From NCBI RefSeq assembly GCF_009914755.1, contig NC_060947.1: a stretch of DNA of 64,000 bases, one strand, 5' to 3'. How positions within the stretch are numbered: the stretch's first letter is position 1; each line of letters opens with the position of its first letter. This DNA comes from the human T2T-CHM13v2.0 reference genome, Homo sapiens. Below are positions 61,322-64,000 of the stretch, one piece after another. The position numbers and the translations under genes are program-made. The notes beneath the pieces are model-generated. The model saw nothing but the letters and a program-made list of their open reading frames with translations, was not told the DNA's origin and ran no database searches.

Positions 61322-62500
61322 CAAAATGGATTAAGGACTTAAACCTAAGACCTGAAACTATAAAAATTCTAGAAGATAACATTGGAAAAACCCTTTTAGA
61401 CATTGGCTTAGGCAAGGATTTCATGACCAAAAACCCAAAAGCAAATGCAATAAAAACAAAGATAAATAGCTGGGACCTAATTAAACTAAAGGGCTTCTGC
61501 ATGGCAAAAGGAACAGTCAGCAGAGTAAACAGACAACCCACAGAGTGGGAGAAAATATTCACAATCTATACATCTGACAAAGGATTAATATCCAGAATCT
61601 ACCACAAACTCAAACAAACCAGTAAGAAAAAAACAAACAATCCCATGAAAAAGTGGGCTAAGGACATGAATACACAATTCTCAAAAGAAGGTATACAAAT
61701 GGCCAACAAATATATGAAAAAATGCTCAACATCACTAATGATCAGGGAAATGCAAATCAAAACCACAATGCGATACCACCTTACTCCTGCAAGAATGGCC
61801 ATAATCAAAGAATTAAAAAACAGTAGCTGTTGGTGTGGATGCAGTCAACAGGGAACACTTCTACACTGCTGGTGGGAATGTAAACTACTACAGCAGCTAT
61901 GGAAAACAGTGTGGAGATTCCTTAAAGAGCTAAAAGTAGAACTACCATTTGATTCAGCAATCCCACTACTGAGTATCTACCCAGAGGAAAAGAAGTCATT
62001 ATTTGAAAAAGATACTTGCACACGCATGTTTATAGCAGCACACTTCACATCTGCAAAATTGTGGAACCAATCAAAATGCCCATCAATCAACGAGTGGATA
62101 AAGAAACTGTGGTATATATATATGCGATGGAATACTACTCAGCCATAAAAAGGAATGAATTAACAGCATTTGCAATGACCTGGATGAGACTGGGGACTAT
62201 TATTCTAAGTGAAGTAACTCAGGAATGGAAAATCAAACATCATATGTTCTCACTGATATGTGGGAGCTAAGCTATGAGGACACAAAGACATAACAATGAT
62301 ACAATGGACTTTGGGGACTTAGGGGGAAGAGTGGGAGGGGGTGAGGGATAAAAGACTACAAACACACTGCAGTGTATACTGCTCGGGTGATGGGTGCACC
62401 AGGATCTCACAAATCATCACTAAAATACTTACTCATGTAACCAAATACCACTTGTACCACAATAACTTATGGAAAAATAAAATAAAATAAATAAATAAAA
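61322..62500 (+). mobile_element. L1PB1-like, 5'-truncated, with perfect 14-bp TSD
   Basis: ORF2 C-terminal translation ([13 protein letters not shown]...HCWWECKL), L1PB-type 3'UTR and A-rich tail; TSD TAAATCTGAGTTAG at 61308-61321 and 62501-62514. Confidence 0.92.
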
Positions 62501-63296
62501 TAAATCTGAGTTAGAATAATAGTTTGGAATCTAGAATGGAAAATAAAGCCATCAGTGAAAATACCAGAAAGATTGCTAAATTTGGAGGTGAATATCTGAA
62601 ATGGTTTTTCCTCTAGATAGATATTAGTTTTTTAGTATAAATAATTTATAAATACTTAAAATCATATTTGGTTTAAAATTTTAAAATATTTCTGAAAGTA
62701 CATTTGGATTATTTTGTTTTACTATCATTCAATTTCCTTGTAAATAGTTATGACCAGTATTATATGATAATACATGAGACAATATTTTTTAAAGAAAAAC
62801 TATCTTACCTCTCAAGTTAGTTTTTCTCTCTTTCCCGTCAGAATCTAACTCAAAACTTCAAGACTACTATGCTAAAGTATTCTCCTACTTAAAAACAAAC
62901 AAACAAAAAACACAATAGCTTTTTCTTGAAGGGGGAAGCAACATGCCCCATCACATTAAAACTTTCTTATTGATGGTTCCCTTAATCTACAATTGCACCA
63001 GCCCATCAAAAATCAATTATGGATCTCCCCAACAGTTCTCACACTTGTACTCTTGAGAGCTCCTAGAGAAAATCTTACAACACACAAATATTTGCAACTG
63101 GAAATCCAAGACCTCTAACCTCAGCTGGATCATCAACTCTTTCTCCCACAGCAGTGATTTCAAACTTTCACCAATCTTATTAAACCTTCAACCCACAACC
63201 TTAACTCTCAGCAGATAACTTTTCCTCCTACTTCACAGCAGAAACTTAAGCTATCCCCTGAGTAACAGCAATTTTTTACCCCAGGGTTTTTTATCA

Positions 63297-63430
63297 ATAT
63301 TTTTTCAACTTTTTATTGTGGAAACCTTTAAACATACACAAAACTAGAGGGGGATGGTATAATGAACCCTCATGTATGTATCATCCAGCTTCAATAATTA
63401 TCAACTCATGGCCAGTATTGTTTCATTGAT
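63297..63430 (-). mobile_element. L1ME 3' end fragment
   Basis: AACTTTTTATT.TGGAAA..TTTAAACATACACAAAA.TAGAG...ATAATGAACCC. Confidence 0.6.
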
Positions 63431-63496
63431 CACACTGATTGCAGTTTTTTTTAAACTGCCTTTTAAATCATTCTTTCTTACTTTCCTCCCATCATT

Positions 63497-63923
63497 TGTC
63501 TCAGTCCATTTTGTGTTGATATAAAAGAATACCTGAGACTGGGTAATTTATTTTTAAAAAGAGATTTATTTAGCTCATAGTCCCGCAGGCTGAGAAGTTC
63601 AAGGACATGGCCTTGGCTTCTGGTGAGGGCTTTTGTGCTGCATTACAACATGGTGGAGGAGGTAAAGAGGTCCAACTAAGAGGAAAAACATTGCTTTATA
63701 ACAACTTGCTCTCTCAGGAAATAATCTATTCCCTCAAGAACTAATCTAGTTTTGCATTAGCAAGAACTCACTACCAGGAGAACAGCATCAAGCCATTCAT
63801 GAGGGATTGAGCCCTATGACCCAAATACCTCTCACTAGGCCCCATCTCCCAACACCACCACAATGGGGATCAAATTTCAACATGAGTTTAGATGGGGACA
63901 ACAGACCACATCCAAACCATAGC
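63497..63923 (-). mobile_element. MST (MSTB-like) MaLR solo LTR
   Basis: TGTCTCAGTCCATTTTGTGTTG.TATAA..GAATACCTGAGACTGGGTAATTTAT to ...CCAAACCATAGCA. Confidence 0.88.
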
Positions 63924-64000
63924 ATCACTGTAAAAGAAGTTTCCTTTCTGAGATTATTCTCTGTATCAAGATCTGGATCCTATCCCTTCCAGCCTCTTCA

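Overview
Repeat-dense, gene-poor primate intergenic DNA, almost certainly human because it holds an L1HS-Ta element with human-specific diagnostic bases. I find no intact protein-coding gene, RNA gene or CpG island; nearly all ORFs in the track come from Alu, L1 or Tigger sequence. There are two processed pseudogenes. The SRSF6 retrocopy (338-1853, +) sits inside a MER8 MITE and carries the NMD-triggering poison exon. The MED28 retrocopy (36064-37720, -) sits inside an old L1. From memory this pairing matches human Xp11.3 (SRSF6P1/MED28P4), which I have not verified. The most notable structure is 14156-15255: a young L1HS-Ta1 3' end with a 3' transduction, a fresh 72-nt poly(A) and no TSD, whose 5' end switches to older L1PA sequence, suggesting a chimeric insertion with target-site deletion. 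Other signals are candidate Alu-mediated deletions, two template-switch inverted repeats and twin-primed L1 inversions. I see no new multi-gene system; the interest lies in retrotransposition and repair footprints. Subfamily calls come from remembered consensus sequences, and boundaries of old repeats are approximate.
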